Below, in pieces: positions 39,881 to 58,125 of a stretch of 64,000 bases of DNA. The stretch lies in assembly GCA_964016885.1 (NCBI GenBank), contig OZ024748.1, positions 18,662,001 to 18,726,000 of the forward strand, given 5' to 3'. A model generated the notes under the pieces. That model was not told the DNA's origin and ran no database searches. It saw nothing but the letters and a program-made list of their open reading frames with translations. Source of the DNA: Eledone cirrhosa. Taxonomy: Eukaryota. The position numbers and the translations under genes were made by a program. Each line of letters opens with the position of its first letter. Positions within the stretch are counted from its first letter, which is position 1.

Positions 39881-40059
39881 GTATATGTATATATATATAT
39901 GTATATGTATATATATATATGTATATATGTATATATATATATGTATATATATATATGTATATATATATATGTATATATATATATGTATATATATATATAT
40001 GTATATATGTATATGTATATATATATATGTATATATGTATATATGTATATGTATATATG

Positions 40060-40112
<53 letters not shown>

Positions 40113-40463
40113 GTATATGTATATATATATATGTATATATGTATATGTATATATATATATGTATATATGTATATGTATATATGTATATATATATATGTAT
40201 ATGTATATATGTATATATGTATATGTATATATGTATATGTATATATGTATATATATATATGTATATATATATATGTATATATATATATGTATATATATAT
40301 ATGTATATATATATACATGTATATATATATACATGTATATATATATACATGTATATATATATACATGTATATATATATATGTATATATATATGTATATAT
40401 GTATATGTATATATGTATATGTATATGTATATATGTATATGTATATATGTATATATATATATG

Positions 40464-40514
<51 letters not shown>

Positions 40515-40515
40515 G

Positions 40516-40547
<32 letters not shown>

Positions 40548-40555
40548 TATGTATA

Positions 40556-40633
<78 letters not shown>

Positions 40634-40662
40634 GTATATATATATATGTATATATATATATG

Positions 40663-40713
<51 letters not shown>

Positions 40714-40795
40714 TGTATATATATATATGTATATATATATATGTATATATATATATGTATATATATATATATGTATATATATATATGTATATATA

Positions 40796-40830
<35 letters not shown>

Positions 40831-40917
40831 ATATATAGTATATGTATATGTATATGTATATATATATATGTATATGTATATGTATATTATATATATAATA
40901 TATGTATATGTATATAT

Positions 40918-41019
<102 letters not shown>

Positions 41020-41339
41020 ATATATATATATTATATATATATATATATGTGTATATATATATATGTATATATATGTGTATATATATGTATATGTATATGT
41101 GTATATATATGTATATGTATATATATATGTATATGTGTATATATATGTATATGTATATATATATGTATAATGTATATATATATGTATATATATGTATATA
41201 TATATGTATATGTATATATATATGTATATTATATATATATATGTATATATATATGTATATGTATATATATATGTATATGTATATATATATGTATATGTAT
41301 ATATATATGTATATGTATATATATATGTATATGTATATA

Positions 41340-41380
<41 letters not shown>

Positions 41381-41381
41381 A

Positions 41382-41422
<41 letters not shown>

Positions 41423-42060
41423 ATGTATATGTATATGTATATATTATATGTATATGTATATATATATGTATATATATATGTATATGTATATGTATATGTA
41501 ATATATATGTATATATATATGTATATAATATGTATATATATATGTATATATATATGTATATATATATGTATATATATATGTATATATATATGTATATATA
41601 TATGTATATATATATGTATATTATATGATAAATATATTTATATATATATGTATATATATATGTATATATATATGTAATATATATGTATATATATATGTAT
41701 ATTATATATATATGTATATATATGTATATATATATGTATATATATATGTATATATATATGTATATATATATGTATATATATATGTATATATATAAGTATA
41801 TATATATGTATTATATTATGTATATATATATGTATATATATGTATTATGTTTATATATATGTATATAATATGTATATATATATGTATATATATATGTATA
41901 TATATATATGTATATATATATGTAATATATATATGTATATATATATATGTATATATATATATGTATATATATATATGTATATATATATATGTATATATAT
42001 ATATGTATATATATATATGTATATATATATATGTATAATATATATGTATATATATATATG

Positions 42061-42159
<99 letters not shown>

Positions 42160-42192
42160 GTATGTATATATATATGTATGTATATATATATG

Positions 42193-42255
<63 letters not shown>

Positions 42256-42270
42256 GTATATATATATATG

Positions 42271-42433
<163 letters not shown>

Positions 42434-42525
42434 GTATATATATATATGTATAATATATATATGTATATATATATATATGTATATATATATATGTATATGT
42501 ATATATATATGTATATATATATATG

Positions 42526-42556
<31 letters not shown>

Positions 42557-42574
42557 GTATATATATATATGTAT

Positions 42575-42615
<41 letters not shown>

Positions 42616-42704
42616 TATGTATATATATATATATGTATGTATATATATATGTATATATATATATGTAATATATATGTATATATATATATGTATATATATA
42701 TATG

Positions 42705-42735
<31 letters not shown>

Positions 42736-42736
42736 G

Positions 42737-42781
<45 letters not shown>

Positions 42782-43160
42782 GTATATATATATATGTATA
42801 TATATGTGTATATATATGTGTATATATGTTGTATATATATGTATATATATATGTGTATATATATGTGTATATAATGTACATATATATATGTGTATATATA
42901 TGTATATATATATGTACATATATATATGTATATATATATGTACATATATATATGTATATATATATGTATATATATATGTATATATATATGTATATATATA
43001 TGTATATATATATGTATATATATGTATATATATGTATGTATATGTATATATATATGTATATATATATGTATGTATATATATGTATATATATATGTATGTA
43101 TATATATGTATATATATTTGTATATATATTTGTATATGTGTATATGTATATGTATATATG

Positions 43161-43193
<33 letters not shown>

Positions 43194-43206
43194 GTATATG
43201 TATATA

Positions 43207-44066
43207 CTAGCAGTAAAGCCCGGCGTTGCTCGGGGTCGCTCAGTAGCTGTGTTAAAGTTACAATGTTAAGTTTCTTTCTTGGCTTAAAAACTGTAGTGTC
43301 TACTGTGCAGACTTGCATGTGGTGTTTTTGATTAATATTCCCTCAACCAACAATATGCCTTATGAAGTTAAGAAAACATAACGATAACCCGAATGTTATA
43401 ACAAAAGAGGATGCTGGGGATAGAAACTGCACTGGTTATTTATTAACAAAGATCGAAAATGTAAACACTGCAACGCAGAGAAAAACATTAGCGTAACCAA
43501 TTATCAGTTATGTCTGTCTGCACGCCTATATCACCTCTCTGCACGACTGTCTGTCTGCACGCCTATATCACCTCTCTGCACGACTGTCTGTCTGCACGCC
43601 TATATCACCTCTCTGCACGACTGTCTGTCTGCACGCCTAACGACGAAATATTTGCTTGTTTTACGTAGTTTTTAAATAGACTTGTTTTCAAGTAAAAATA
43701 TTGTTTTAAAATGCTTTTAAATGGAAATGAAGCAAAACGGAAGCTTAGTGTTCGAACTGATGAATTTTGCAGGTCAATATTTTGTGTCATTTTAAACGCT
43801 GAGAAAGCCAGCGTAATTTTTACGTAAGACGCTCAATGTAAACAGAACAAAGGGAAATAACTGATCACTTACGACTCAAAAATCGATACATTATATTCGA
43901 TTTCGTCACATAGGGTGGGTCAATTTGAAATTTTTTTTCCGATGTCTTCGTTAGGGCTCAATGTACAAGTCTAGCAATTTCGGTGCAATTCCGTGAGAGA
44001 TTCTAAGAGGAGATGTGTGCCAAAAATCGATAGACAGACAGACAACCACAGTTTTATATATATAGA
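43207..44066 (-). mobile_element. Complete non-autonomous Helitron (~860 bp) inserted in (TA)n
   Basis: Minus strand A|TC...CTAG|T termini; subterminal GC hairpin CCCGAGCAACGCCGGG just before CTAG; (CTGT)n near 5' end; internal 37-bp tandem repeat at 43511-43639. Confidence 0.85.
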
Positions 44067-44384
44067 TATATGTATATATATATATATATGTATATGTATA
44101 TATATATGTATATGTATATACATATATATGTATGTATATGTATATATATGTATATATATATATATGTATATCTATATATATATGTATATATTATAATGTA
44201 TATGTATATATATGTAATATATATGTATATATATGTATATGTATATATATGTATATATATGTATATGTATATATATATATGTATATATATGTATATGTAT
44301 ATATATATGTATATGTATATATATATGTATATGTATATATATGTATATATATGTATATGTATATGTATGTATATGTATATGTAT

Positions 44385-44464
<80 letters not shown>

Positions 44465-44474
44465 GTATATGTAT

Positions 44475-44506
<32 letters not shown>

Positions 44507-44527
44507 GTATTATATATTATATATATG

Positions 44528-44558
<31 letters not shown>

Positions 44559-44560
44559 GT

Positions 44561-44591
<31 letters not shown>

Positions 44592-44873
44592 GTATATGTA
44601 TATGTATATATATATATATGTATATGTATATGTATATGTATATATATATATATGTATATGTATATGTATATATATCTATATGTATATGTATATATATGTA
44701 TATGTATATGTATATGTATCTATATATATATGTATTTTTATATATGTATGTATATGTATGTATATGTATACATATCTATATATATGTATATGTATATATA
44801 TGTATATGTTTGTATATATATATATAAGTATATGTATATATATGTATATATATGTATATATATATGTATATGT

Positions 44874-45244
44874 AATTCTAGGAGAAGGAAAACTCTGATA
44901 TAACACCTGCAACCCTGATGGTATCCAATGATGTTGGCTTGTTCTTCTTTTGGTAAATATCATCTTGGTTAAGAGAGTGGGACTGGCTTTGTGCAGTGCC
45001 TTTGCTCACTATAAAAGCTTCACGGCACAAGCATTGCTTTATATCTGGAGATCTCTCTGCACTTGTCGTCACATGGTACCATGGGCCCAGCACTATGTGT
45101 CAATGGTTGTCACAAGTGTAGTGTTTGTACAAGAGTTTTCAAGTCGCTGGCTGGACTAAAAAGTCACACTCGTTCAGCGCATCGGTAGGGGTTCTCCTAC
45201 ATATAAAGTAGTGGCCGTGCTCGAAAACGAGTTGGCAGCCACCA
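44874..45244 (+). repeat. Second copy of 38745-39120
   Basis: Direct near-identical repeat with the same 3' junction GCAGCCACC-(AT)n. Confidence 0.9.
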
Positions 45245-45339
45245 TATATGTATATATATATATATATGTATATGTATATATATGTATATGTATATGTATG
45301 TATATGTATATATATGTATATGTATGTATATGTATATGT

Positions 45340-45397
<58 letters not shown>

Positions 45398-45592
45398 GTA
45401 TATGTATATATATATATGTATATATATATATGTATATATATATATGTATATATATATATGTATATGTATATATGTGTATATATATATGTATATATATATA
45501 TATATATGATGTATATATATGATGTATATATATATGTATATATATATATATATATGATGTATATATATGATGTATATATATATGTATATATG

Positions 45593-45637
<45 letters not shown>

Positions 45638-45679
45638 GTATATATGTATATATATATATGTATATATATATTATATATG

Positions 45680-45760
<81 letters not shown>

Positions 45761-45767
45761 GTATATA

Positions 45768-45872
<105 letters not shown>

Positions 45873-46036
45873 GTATATATATATGTATATATATATATAT
45901 ATGTATATATATATGTATATGTATATATATATGTATATATATATATATATGTATATATATAGTATATGTATATATATATGTATATATATATATATATGTA
46001 TATATATATGTATATATATATATGTATATATATATG

Positions 46037-46067
<31 letters not shown>

Positions 46068-46194
46068 GTATAATATGTATATATATATGTATATATATAT
46101 ATGTATATATATATATGTATATATATATGTATATATATATATGTATATATATATGTATATATATATATGTAATATATATATGTATATATATATG

Positions 46195-46313
<119 letters not shown>

Positions 46314-46314
46314 G

Positions 46315-46455
<141 letters not shown>

Positions 46456-46476
46456 GTTATATATAATATATATATG

Positions 46477-46527
<51 letters not shown>

Positions 46528-46531
46528 TATG

Positions 46532-46886
<355 letters not shown>

Positions 46887-46901
46887 TGTATAATATATAT
46901 G

Positions 46902-47143
<242 letters not shown>

Positions 47144-47250
47144 GTATATATATATATATTTATGTATATATGTATGTATATATATATGTATATATATATA
47201 TATGTATGTATATATATATATGTATGTATATATGTATGTATATATATATG

Positions 47251-47286
<36 letters not shown>

Positions 47287-47577
47287 TATGTATGTATATA
47301 TATATATATATATGTATGTATATATATATATATATATTGTATGTATATATATATGTATATATATATGTATATATATATATGTATGTATATATGTATGTAT
47401 ATATATATGTATGTATATATGTATGTATATATATATGTATATATATATATATGTATGTATATATATATATATATATGTATGTATATATATATATATATAT
47501 GTATGTATATATATATATATATATGTATGTATATATATATATATATATGTATGTATATATATATATATATATGTATG

Positions 47578-47630
<53 letters not shown>

Positions 47631-47742
47631 GTATATATGTATGTATATATATATGTATATATATATATGTATATATATATGTAGTATATATATATATGTA
47701 TATATATATATGTATATATATATGTATGTATATATATATATG

Positions 47743-47773
<31 letters not shown>

Positions 47774-47778
47774 GTATG

Positions 47779-47845
<67 letters not shown>

Positions 47846-47860
47846 ATATATATATATATG

Positions 47861-47911
<51 letters not shown>

Positions 47912-47926
47912 ATATATATATATATG

Positions 47927-47995
<69 letters not shown>

Positions 47996-48016
47996 ATATA
48001 TATATATATATATAAG

Positions 48017-48058
<42 letters not shown>

Positions 48059-48069
48059 TGTATGTATAT

Positions 48070-48144
<75 letters not shown>

Positions 48145-48153
48145 GTATGTATG

Positions 48154-48206
<53 letters not shown>

Positions 48207-48215
48207 GTATGTATG

Positions 48216-48268
<53 letters not shown>

Positions 48269-48278
48269 TATATATATG

Positions 48279-48356
<78 letters not shown>

Positions 48357-48406
48357 TGTATGTATATATATATATATGTATGTATATATATATATATATA
48401 TGTATG

Positions 48407-48465
<59 letters not shown>

Positions 48466-48632
48466 ATATATATATATATATGTATGTATATATATATATA
48501 TATATATGTATGTATATATATATATATATATGTATGTATATATATATATATATATGTATGTATATATATATATATATATGTATGTATATATATATATATA
48601 TATGTATGTATATATATATATATATATGTATG

Positions 48633-48663
<31 letters not shown>

Positions 48664-48686
48664 ATATATATATATATATATGTATG

Positions 48687-48745
<59 letters not shown>

Positions 48746-48768
48746 ATATATATATATATATATGTATG

Positions 48769-48808
<40 letters not shown>

Positions 48809-48810
48809 TG

Positions 48811-48911
<101 letters not shown>

Positions 48912-48912
48912 G

Positions 48913-48986
<74 letters not shown>

Positions 48987-48992
48987 TGTATG

Positions 48993-49023
<31 letters not shown>

Positions 49024-49044
49024 ATATATATATATATATGTATG

Positions 49045-49075
<31 letters not shown>

Positions 49076-49268
49076 ATATATATATATATATATGTATGTA
49101 TATATATATATATATATGTATGTATATATATATATATATATATGTATGTATATATATATATATATATGTATGTATATATATATATATATATGTATGTATA
49201 TATATATATATATATGTATGTATATATATATATATATATGTATGTATATATATATATATATATGTATG

Positions 49269-49355
<87 letters not shown>

Positions 49356-49378
49356 ATATATATATATATATATGTATG

Positions 49379-49418
<40 letters not shown>

Positions 49419-49420
49419 TG

Positions 49421-49521
<101 letters not shown>

Positions 49522-49524
49522 ATG

Positions 49525-50074
<550 letters not shown>

Positions 50075-50217
50075 GTATATATATATGTATATGTATATAT
50101 ATATGATGTATATATATATATATATGATGTATATATATATATATATGATGTATATATATATGTATATATATGATGTATATATATATATGATGTATATATA
50201 TATGTATATATATGATG

Positions 50218-50251
<34 letters not shown>

Positions 50252-50464
50252 ATATATATATGATGTATATATATATATATATGATGTATATATATATATA
50301 TGATGTATATATATATATATGATGTATATATATATATATGATGTATATATATATATATGATGTATATATATATATATGATGTATATATATATATATGATG
50401 TATATATATATATATGATGTATATATATATATATGATATATATATGTATATATATATGTATATA

Positions 50465-50510
<46 letters not shown>

Positions 50511-50593
50511 GATGTATATATATATGATGTATATATATATGTATATATTTGTATTGAAGTTTGTATATATATGTATATATATATATGTATATG

Positions 50594-50624
<31 letters not shown>

Positions 50625-50919
50625 GTGTATATATATATATATGTGTATATATATATGTATATGTATATGTATATATATATGTATATATATATGTATATGT
50701 ATATATATATATGTATATGTATATATATATATATGTATATGTATATATATATGTATGTGTATATATATATGTATATGTATATGTATATGTATATATATAT
50801 GTATATATATATGTATATGTATATATATATATGTATATATATATGTATATGTATATATATATATGTATATGTATATATATATGTATATGTATATATATAT
50901 GTATATGTATATATATATG

Positions 50920-50972
<53 letters not shown>

Positions 50973-51284
50973 GTATATATATATATGTATATATATATAT
51001 GTATATATATATATGTATGTATATATATATATGTATATATGTATATATATATATGTATATATATATATGTATATATGTATATATATATATACAGGTTAGC
51101 TTTGCCTTTCATCCTTACATGGTCAATAAAATAAAGTACCAGCAATGTACTGGATAATTGCTGGCCTTGTGCCAAAAGTAGAAACAATTATTATTATTAT
51201 TAAAATAAATAATAAACAAAGAAACATTATTATTATTATTATTTTTTGTAAAACCATTCTTCATTATTATTGTTTCCATTCCAG

Positions 51285-51538
51285 ATCTCTTAATGTCCAT
51301 CCAACTTACATAATGAACACACATCCAATTTCAAAGAAGGGGTGGCTACGGAAGCTAGGAGGGATTGTAAAAACTTGGCAGAGACGTTGGATTGTCCTCA
51401 ATGGAAATATCCTGTTTTATTTCACCAGAGAAGATGACCAAAAGTCCCTTGGTTCAATCTTGTTGCCAGGCAACAGAGCCTTTGCCCATTCATACAATCC
51501 AGGCAACCCAGATAAATATATTTTTGAAATTGAGCCAG
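51285..51538 (+). CDS. ARHGAP24-like: Rho GTPase-activating protein (ARHGAP22/24/25-like) exon, PH domain N-part
   Basis: ttccattccag acceptor, CAG|gtatgt donor (phase 1); KKGWLRKLGGIVKTWQRRWIVLNGNILFYF is a PH beta1-3 signature; in-frame ATG at 51313. Confidence 0.9.
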
Positions 51539-52959
51539 GTATGTTTTTTTTTTTTTGTTTTATTTTATCTCATTTAATTAATTGCTTTTTTTTTTAATTA
51601 CCTGTATCCCTCATTAATCTGTGGTCATTCCGAGGCACTGCTTTCAATATGACAGGTGGCTATGTTGAACTTCATAACCCATTCTAATGAAATACATTCT
51701 ATTTCATTTAATTAATGAATAATTTTGAGGGATTTACTAAAATTATGAATTATTTCATTACTAAGATATTAACTTAACCTTCGGCACACTAGACATTTTT
51801 GGGAATTACTTCCCTTGACACTGTATTAAGGCGAGATTACTCTATTGGTGACTTAAAGCACCTGGAACCTCCAGAAGGTTAACATATATTTCTTATATAA
51901 AGTTGTGTTTGAAAATTTTCATTTAAATAGGAACTCTTTAAAATTGGTGGTTTTATTTCATAGAACCATAGCTGTGTCTTGACCAGGCTGGTTTCAAAAG
52001 AATTAAATCCAGAATTCTATGATTCAGGATCTCATATTTGTTAATATTATTATTGTATGGGCGGTGGATTGGCAGGGTCAGTAGAGCATCAGACACCATG
52101 CCTTGCAGCCTTGATTTATGCCCTTTACGTTCTGAATTTGAATCCTGCAGAGGTTAACTTTGCCTTTCATCTTTACGAGCTCGATAAAATAAAGTCAAAC
52201 TAATCGACTTTCTCCTCCCCTTCAAATTACTGGCTTTGTGCCTGAAGTAGAAATAATTATTATTGTAAGGGCAGTGGATTGGCAGAACCATTACTGTCAC
52301 AGTATGTTGCTTTTCATTCTAGATTCAAATCCTGCCAATGTCAACTTTACCTTTCATTCTTTTTTGGTCAATAAAATAAATTACCAATCAAGTAATTGGG
52401 TCAATATAATCGAATTTCCATCTTCCCATCCCACCCCCTTCCATTTCTTTCTGAGTTTATGCCAAGCACTGTAAATTCTGGGTTCAAATCCACTGAGGTT
52501 GACTTTACTTATCTTTCTAAAGCCAATGAAACATAATATACCAGTGTGGTCAGTTTAACTCTTTTGATACCAACCCACTGAAAGCTCATTCTGGTTGAAA
52601 CAGACCCACTCATTTTAAACAGATCCTGTTTAAATTAAAATCTAACATAATTTGATATAAAAAACTTTTGTTACATTGTTACAAATGCCATCTTAATAAT
52701 GAATTAATAATATTAATTAGTGCTTGATTAATTCAAACACAGTGTAGTCTATCAGAAATATGATGATGATAGGATTAAATTAAAATCTTCCAACATAATT
52801 TTTGATTAAGAACCACATGTTAAGTTAGTTCTTAGTAATAAAATAATTTATAATTTTAGTAAATCCTTGAAAATTCTTTTTGATTAATTGAAATAGAATG
52901 TATTTCATTAAAGGTTAGCTTATGAGTAATGACCAAAAGAATATGCTAACAAATGCGTG

Positions 52960-53340
52960 GCCGAAATGGGGGTTCCATCGAAGGGTCAATGGAGTAATAT
53001 TACTTCATAGGGTGTGTACCTCAGAGATCAAGGAGTCGCTCTAGGTAGGGCCACTACTTCTCCGCATCAAGAGATCACAGCTCTGGTACTACAGACATGT
53101 GGTTAGAATGTCTAAAGAAAGATTTGCTGAACAGATTTTTATGTGCAAAGCCAACCAGCAGGAAACCCAGAGGTAGACCACGAGCAAGATGGTTGGCTAG
53201 CACTCATGAACTTAGTTGGTCTTAGTTGGGGGTCCATCCAGATCATTTGAAGGATGTTGCTTCTGGTAGGACTATCTCCAAAGCATGTCTAAGAACTCTG
53301 CTCCTACAACCCTTTCATAAATAAGTGAGTGAAGAAGATA
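52960..53340 (+). mobile_element. RTE-clade LINE 3' end, intronic
   Basis: QLWYYRHVVRMSKERFAEQIL..KP..RKPRGRPRARW; GAAGAAGA tail. Confidence 0.75.
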
Positions 53341-54426
53341 CGGTTATGAAAGGGTTAACCAACTGTTTCCTAACCACTAAAATTTCTGAATCATCAGGGT
53401 ATCAGACATCATGCTTTATGGCATATGGTTATTTCCCTTTACATTCTGAGTTCAGCTTTGCCTTTCATCCTTACAGAGTGAATAAAATAAAGTACCAGTA
53501 ACACACTAGGGTTGCTTTAATTGATTTTTCCTTCTCCCAAATTTGTTGGCCTTGTGCCTAAATCAGAATCCATTTTATGGGGTCAATATAATAAAGTACC
53601 AGTAACAAACTGGGGTTGATTTAATCAACTTTTCTCTCCCTCAAAATTGTTGAACTTGTGCCTAAATTGGAAACCATTTTACGGGGTCAATACAATGAAG
53701 TACCAGTACGACACGGGTTGATTTAATCAACTTTCCTCTCCCCAAAAATTGTTGGCCTTGTGCCTAAAACAGAAACCATTATTATTGTTGTTACAGTGAA
53801 AGCAGTGGATAGCAGGATAAAAGGTATGGACAGAATGCCCCCCTCCTCCCTCCCCCTCTCTTATATTCTGATATTCTATCATATTACGTCTGAGTTTAAA
53901 TTTGTCCAGGGTTATCTTGGCCTGTCAATAACGCAAGTACCAGTCAACTGCTGGGGTTTAATGTAATCAACAACACTTAATCCCACAAAATTGCATGTCT
54001 TCTCTCAATATAAAAACCAATTCTCATTTTCCTTTATAGCACCATGGAGTGTAATACTACTTCAACTACCACAAGCCCCTACTACTACTACTACTAGTTT
54101 ACTACTTACTACTGCCTCTACTACTATTACCACCACCACTACCACTACTACTACCACTACTCCTACTACCACCACCACTATTGCTTCTACTACTACTACC
54201 TCCACTACTACCACCACTATTACTATTACCCTCACTACTACTACCCCCACCACTACTACTACTGCCACTACTCCTACTACCACCACCACTACTGCCTCTA
54301 CTACTACCACTACTACCACTACTACCCCCACTATTACTATTACTGCCACTACTACCACCACTACCACCACTATTACTATTACTGCCACTACTACTACAAC
54401 TGCTACTACCATCACCTCCACTATTA

Positions 54427-54460
<34 letters not shown>

Positions 54461-54485
54461 CACTGTCCCTATTATAATGTTTCAG

Positions 54486-54611
54486 ACAAAAATGTGAAGA
54501 CATTAACCTCTCCATCCCATGAAATATCACTGTTCTGTTGTGAGTCTGAAACTGAGAGACAAGATTGGATACGAGCTATACGTAAAGTAATATATGGACA
54601 AAATGGAGGTG
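54486..54611 (+). CDS. ARHGAP24-like: ARHGAP22/24/25-like exon, PH C-terminal helix
   Basis: tttcag acceptor, G|gtaagc donor; joins previous exon in frame (G+AC=Asp); encodes LFCCESETERQDWIRAIRKVIYGQNGG. Confidence 0.9.
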
Positions 54612-54716
54612 GTAAGCATGTCTCTTTATTTCTTGCTGGAAACAAATCTATGTTGTTGTTGTTGTTATTGTTGTTGTTTCTATGAAGCTTTGTGAATCAT
54701 CATCATCTTCATTTAA

Positions 54717-54958
54717 CCCTTTAGCATTTACATTACTCTATATTTATTATTAAATAAAAATGAAACTATTTACTACTATATTTTCACAGTAAAAGCTTTA
54801 CTTCACATAATTATCTCACATAATATCAAATTTATGAGATTTTGATATTTATTTTGAGAACAATGCCTTAACATCAGTATGAGTGACTGGTTACAGCTGG
54901 TTTGAACAAAAAGAAGTGAGAATTCTGACCAGATACAGCTGGTTTAAATACTAAAGGG
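54717..54958. mobile_element. piggyBac-type MITE nested in a SINE tail
   Basis: TTAA|CCCTTTAGCATTTA...TAAATACTAAAGGG|TTAA. Confidence 0.75.
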
Positions 54959-55237
54959 TTAAGGTCCGTTTTCCTTGCTAGTGACAGTCAGAGGGGCTCA
55001 TCACAGACCACATCAGTACATAGTCAGAACTAGTGATCTCTCAGATGGACTGGAGAGTACATCTCACTTATATACATTCTCATCGCACTCTACAGAGTGC
55101 ACCAGGTGCTTTTTGTTGTGGAACCAGCCCTAGATATGTTGTCATGTCTTTGACACAAGGGAAAAGTTCTCTCAACCCTTTCTTTGCAAAGACGTATACA
55201 ACTGAAATTAGTAAAAGACTAAAAGGGTTAAGAAATA

Positions 55238-55413
55238 CAGTGAAATTCCGTTATAACGAAATTCAAGGAGTATATAAAAAAATTTGTTGTAATGAAAAAT
55301 TCTTTATAACGAGATCGACCAAACGCATCAAGCGTGTGGCTCAGGTTTGAAAAAAATGTCATTATACTGAAAAATTCCTTATAATGGTATTCATTATAAC
55401 GGAATTTTACCTG
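55238..55413. mobile_element. pogo/Tigger-type MITE
   Basis: TA|CAGTGAAATTCCGTTATAACGAA...TTCATTATAACGGAATTTTACCTG|TA. Confidence 0.8.
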
Positions 55414-55499
55414 TATGTTTTTTTTTTTAAATAAAGAAAATGGAGTATGATGGTAATGGTGAATCACCATGAAACCCCTCCCCCTCCTGACTGAAAGAT

Positions 55500-55560
55500 T
55501 GGAAATTTAAGAATCGATGAAGCAATCCTTATCAACAGATTAAGGCCTTCTGTTAAGAGC
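55500..55560 (+). pseudogene. PLE GIY-YIG C-terminal remnant
   Basis: LRIDEAILINRLRPSV resembles the terminal E..xI....P.LN motif of PLE endonucleases. Confidence 0.5.
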
Positions 55561-55623
55561 TGGTATGAATTACATAAAACTGACAGTAGTGGGATACCAA
55601 ATTCTTGAACAAAAATATTTAAT

Positions 55624-55748
55624 GGCTGACAATTGTTTCGGAAACCATACCAGTATTCTGCACATACAAATGATAATTATCGATTATAAAATTGATAATA
55701 GTAAATGATAATAAAAAGAAAAGTTTGATATGGTCTCCTCATGGAGCC
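55624..55748 (-). ncRNA. Degenerate long-stem-II hammerhead relic beside a PLE endonuclease tail
   Basis: Minus strand GGCT-(CCATGA, damaged core)-GGAGACCATA...TATGGTTTCC-GAAAC-AATT-GTC-AGCC. Confidence 0.5.
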
Positions 55749-55864
55749 GAAAAGTAAAATAAACATAAAAATTCAAAAATACATGTCACTGAAAATAGGG
55801 ACTACAATAAATGTAAAACTTTCATATACACACACACATATATATATATGTGTTTGTGTGTGTG

Positions 55865-55912
<48 letters not shown>

Positions 55913-56091
55913 GACATTCTTCTATAGAATATGTATTTGGTATATATACACAATATACCATGTATATGTATCTTGTACAATATATGGCGCCTTCCCTCTC
56001 AATATAAACACATGGATAAAAACAAATATATACATACATATACAAACAAACAAGCATATACACTTATACATATACCCCCTTCCCCACACAC

Positions 56092-56124
<33 letters not shown>

Positions 56125-56126
<2 letters not shown>

Positions 56127-56400
56127 TCATCATCACCGTTTTACGTCAATTCTTCCACGCTAGCATGGGTTAGACGGGTTGTCCTGTTGTGGGCAGTGTC
56201 CGGTCGGCTGACCATGCCTTGCTCATACGGGAACTGATTCTGCCTTGATTTCTACAGCTGGATGCCCTTCCTAACACCAACCTCATTTACAGTGAGTGCT
56301 GGGTGCTTTTATTCCGTGGTGCCTACACGTCCACTTTACAGTGTGGGCTGGGTGCTCTTTTGCCGTGTCACCTCCACGACCACTTTGCAGTGGGATGGTG
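56125..56400 (-). mobile_element. SINE/LINE 3' tail family with AGGAAGGGCATCCAGC and (GAT)n tail (also ~17550-17820, 33737-33960, 56728-56890, 57050-57225(+), 58560-58940)
   Basis: Shared CTGGATGCCCTTCCTAA.xCCAACC and (CAT)n-TTTAACGTC..TTCCAxG.TAGCATGGG. Confidence 0.75.
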
Positions 56401-56488
56401 TGGGGGCATATTGTCTATATGCTTCAGCTTCGGCTTGTACCCGTGGTCGGGTCTTCTGTATTACTGCGTGACGCCAGAGGTCACGGTC

Positions 56489-56542
<54 letters not shown>

Positions 56543-57254
56543 ATATTTATATATATATACACACATTTATACACACATTTATACACATATATATATATAA
56601 ATATATATATACATATATCATAAATATACTCCAAATACTTGTTGAGTGCTTTTATATCAGTTATAAATATTTACTTGTTGTTAACCCAACAATTTAAATA
56701 TAACTTTCCATATATACATATATATATCATTGTCATTGTTTAACGTCTATCTTCCACGCTAGAAGTATGGGTTAGTCGGGAATTGTCCCACTCAAGACAA
56801 GATTGGTCAGGTGACCGAGTCTCGCTCGTATAGGACTGTATCTGGCAGGTTTTCTACGGCTGGATACCCTTCCTAACACCAACCACTACATATATATAAA
56901 TATATATGAAGGCACATGGCTTAGTGGTTAGAGCATTAGCCTTGCAATCGAAAGGTTGTGAGTTCAATTCTCAGACCGGGTGATGTGTTGTTTCCTTGAA
57001 CAAGACACTTTATTTCACATTGCTCCAGTTTACTCAGCTGTAGAAATGAGATGACTGTAAAGTGGTCGTGGAGGTGGCACGGCAAAAAAGCACCCAGCAC
57101 TCACTGTAAATGAGGTTGGTCTTAGGAAGGGCATCCAGCTGTAGAAATCGAGCGAGAATCAGTTCCCGTCCCACCCTTGCAAGCAGGGAAAAGTGGATGT
57201 AAAATGAAATGAATGATGATGATGACACACTCATACACATATATACAAATATAG

Positions 57255-57298
<44 letters not shown>

Positions 57299-57318
57299 GT
57301 ATATGCGTGTATGCTTTT

Positions 57319-57357
<39 letters not shown>

Positions 57358-57499
57358 AAAGCATACACACATATACGTACATGCACGCATACACATACAT
57401 ATACGCATACACACACATTTTCATACATACAAGTACACTTATACAAGTAGAAAAGGCAAGGTATATATGCCCGTAAGTTGGTGATTAATTTCGATGACT

Positions 57500-57938
57500 T
57501 ATTTGGATAAAAAAATCTAATAGTACCCCATTCGACGGGAGTATGGGCGCCAGCGATTCAGCAGAGGTTACTGATCTTATCGGCCTTTTCCTTCTTTTCT
57601 CTATCAAGGAAGAATTCCCCAATGTGGGCAGTGGTTTGTACCGCGATGATGGCCTTTTGACCATGACTATGTGCAGTCCCCGCGCTTGCAACAGGTTTAG
57701 AAAAGAACTCACAGCCTTCTTTAAAGGCTTCAACCTCTCCATAAGAGTTGAGGCCAACCTTTCGGTCGTAAACTACCTCAACGTTACCCTCAATTTGTCG
57801 AATGGCTTGCACTACCCATATAGAAAGCCGAATGATACGCTTAATTACATCAGTAAGCATTCTAACCATCCTGCCAGCATAACCAAGAACCTGGTAAGAA
57901 ACGTTTCTCTGAGGCTTTCCCATCTATCTACAAATGAG
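57500..57938 (+). pseudogene. Penelope-like element reverse transcriptase fragment (intronic)
   Basis: FDGSMGASDSAEVTDLIGL...GLYRDDGL...VNYLNVTLNL...PYRKPN...YISKHSNHP: PLE RT motifs and thumb. Confidence 0.85.
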
Positions 57939-57949
57939 CATATATATAT

Positions 57950-58125
57950 TCCATGTCAATCATATATATTTATTCATGTCAACCTTGTCAATTCCTTATA
58001 TTTTTACCATGCCAACCCTGTCAGTTCCTTATATTTTCACCATGTCAATCCTGTCAATTCCATTTATTCCATGTTAGCTCTGTCAGTTCCATATATTTAT
58101 TCCATGCCAACCCTGTCAATCTCAT
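57950..58125 (+). repeat. ~33-bp tandem repeat running into the acceptor of the 58136 exon
   Basis: CCATGxCAACCCTGTCAxTTCCTTATATTTT repeated 5-6 times. Confidence 0.8.

Noticed and set aside
56908-56985. tRNA-like sequence with A and B boxes
   Set aside because: It continues into a SINE core and lacks a full cloverleaf; a SINE head, not a tRNA gene.
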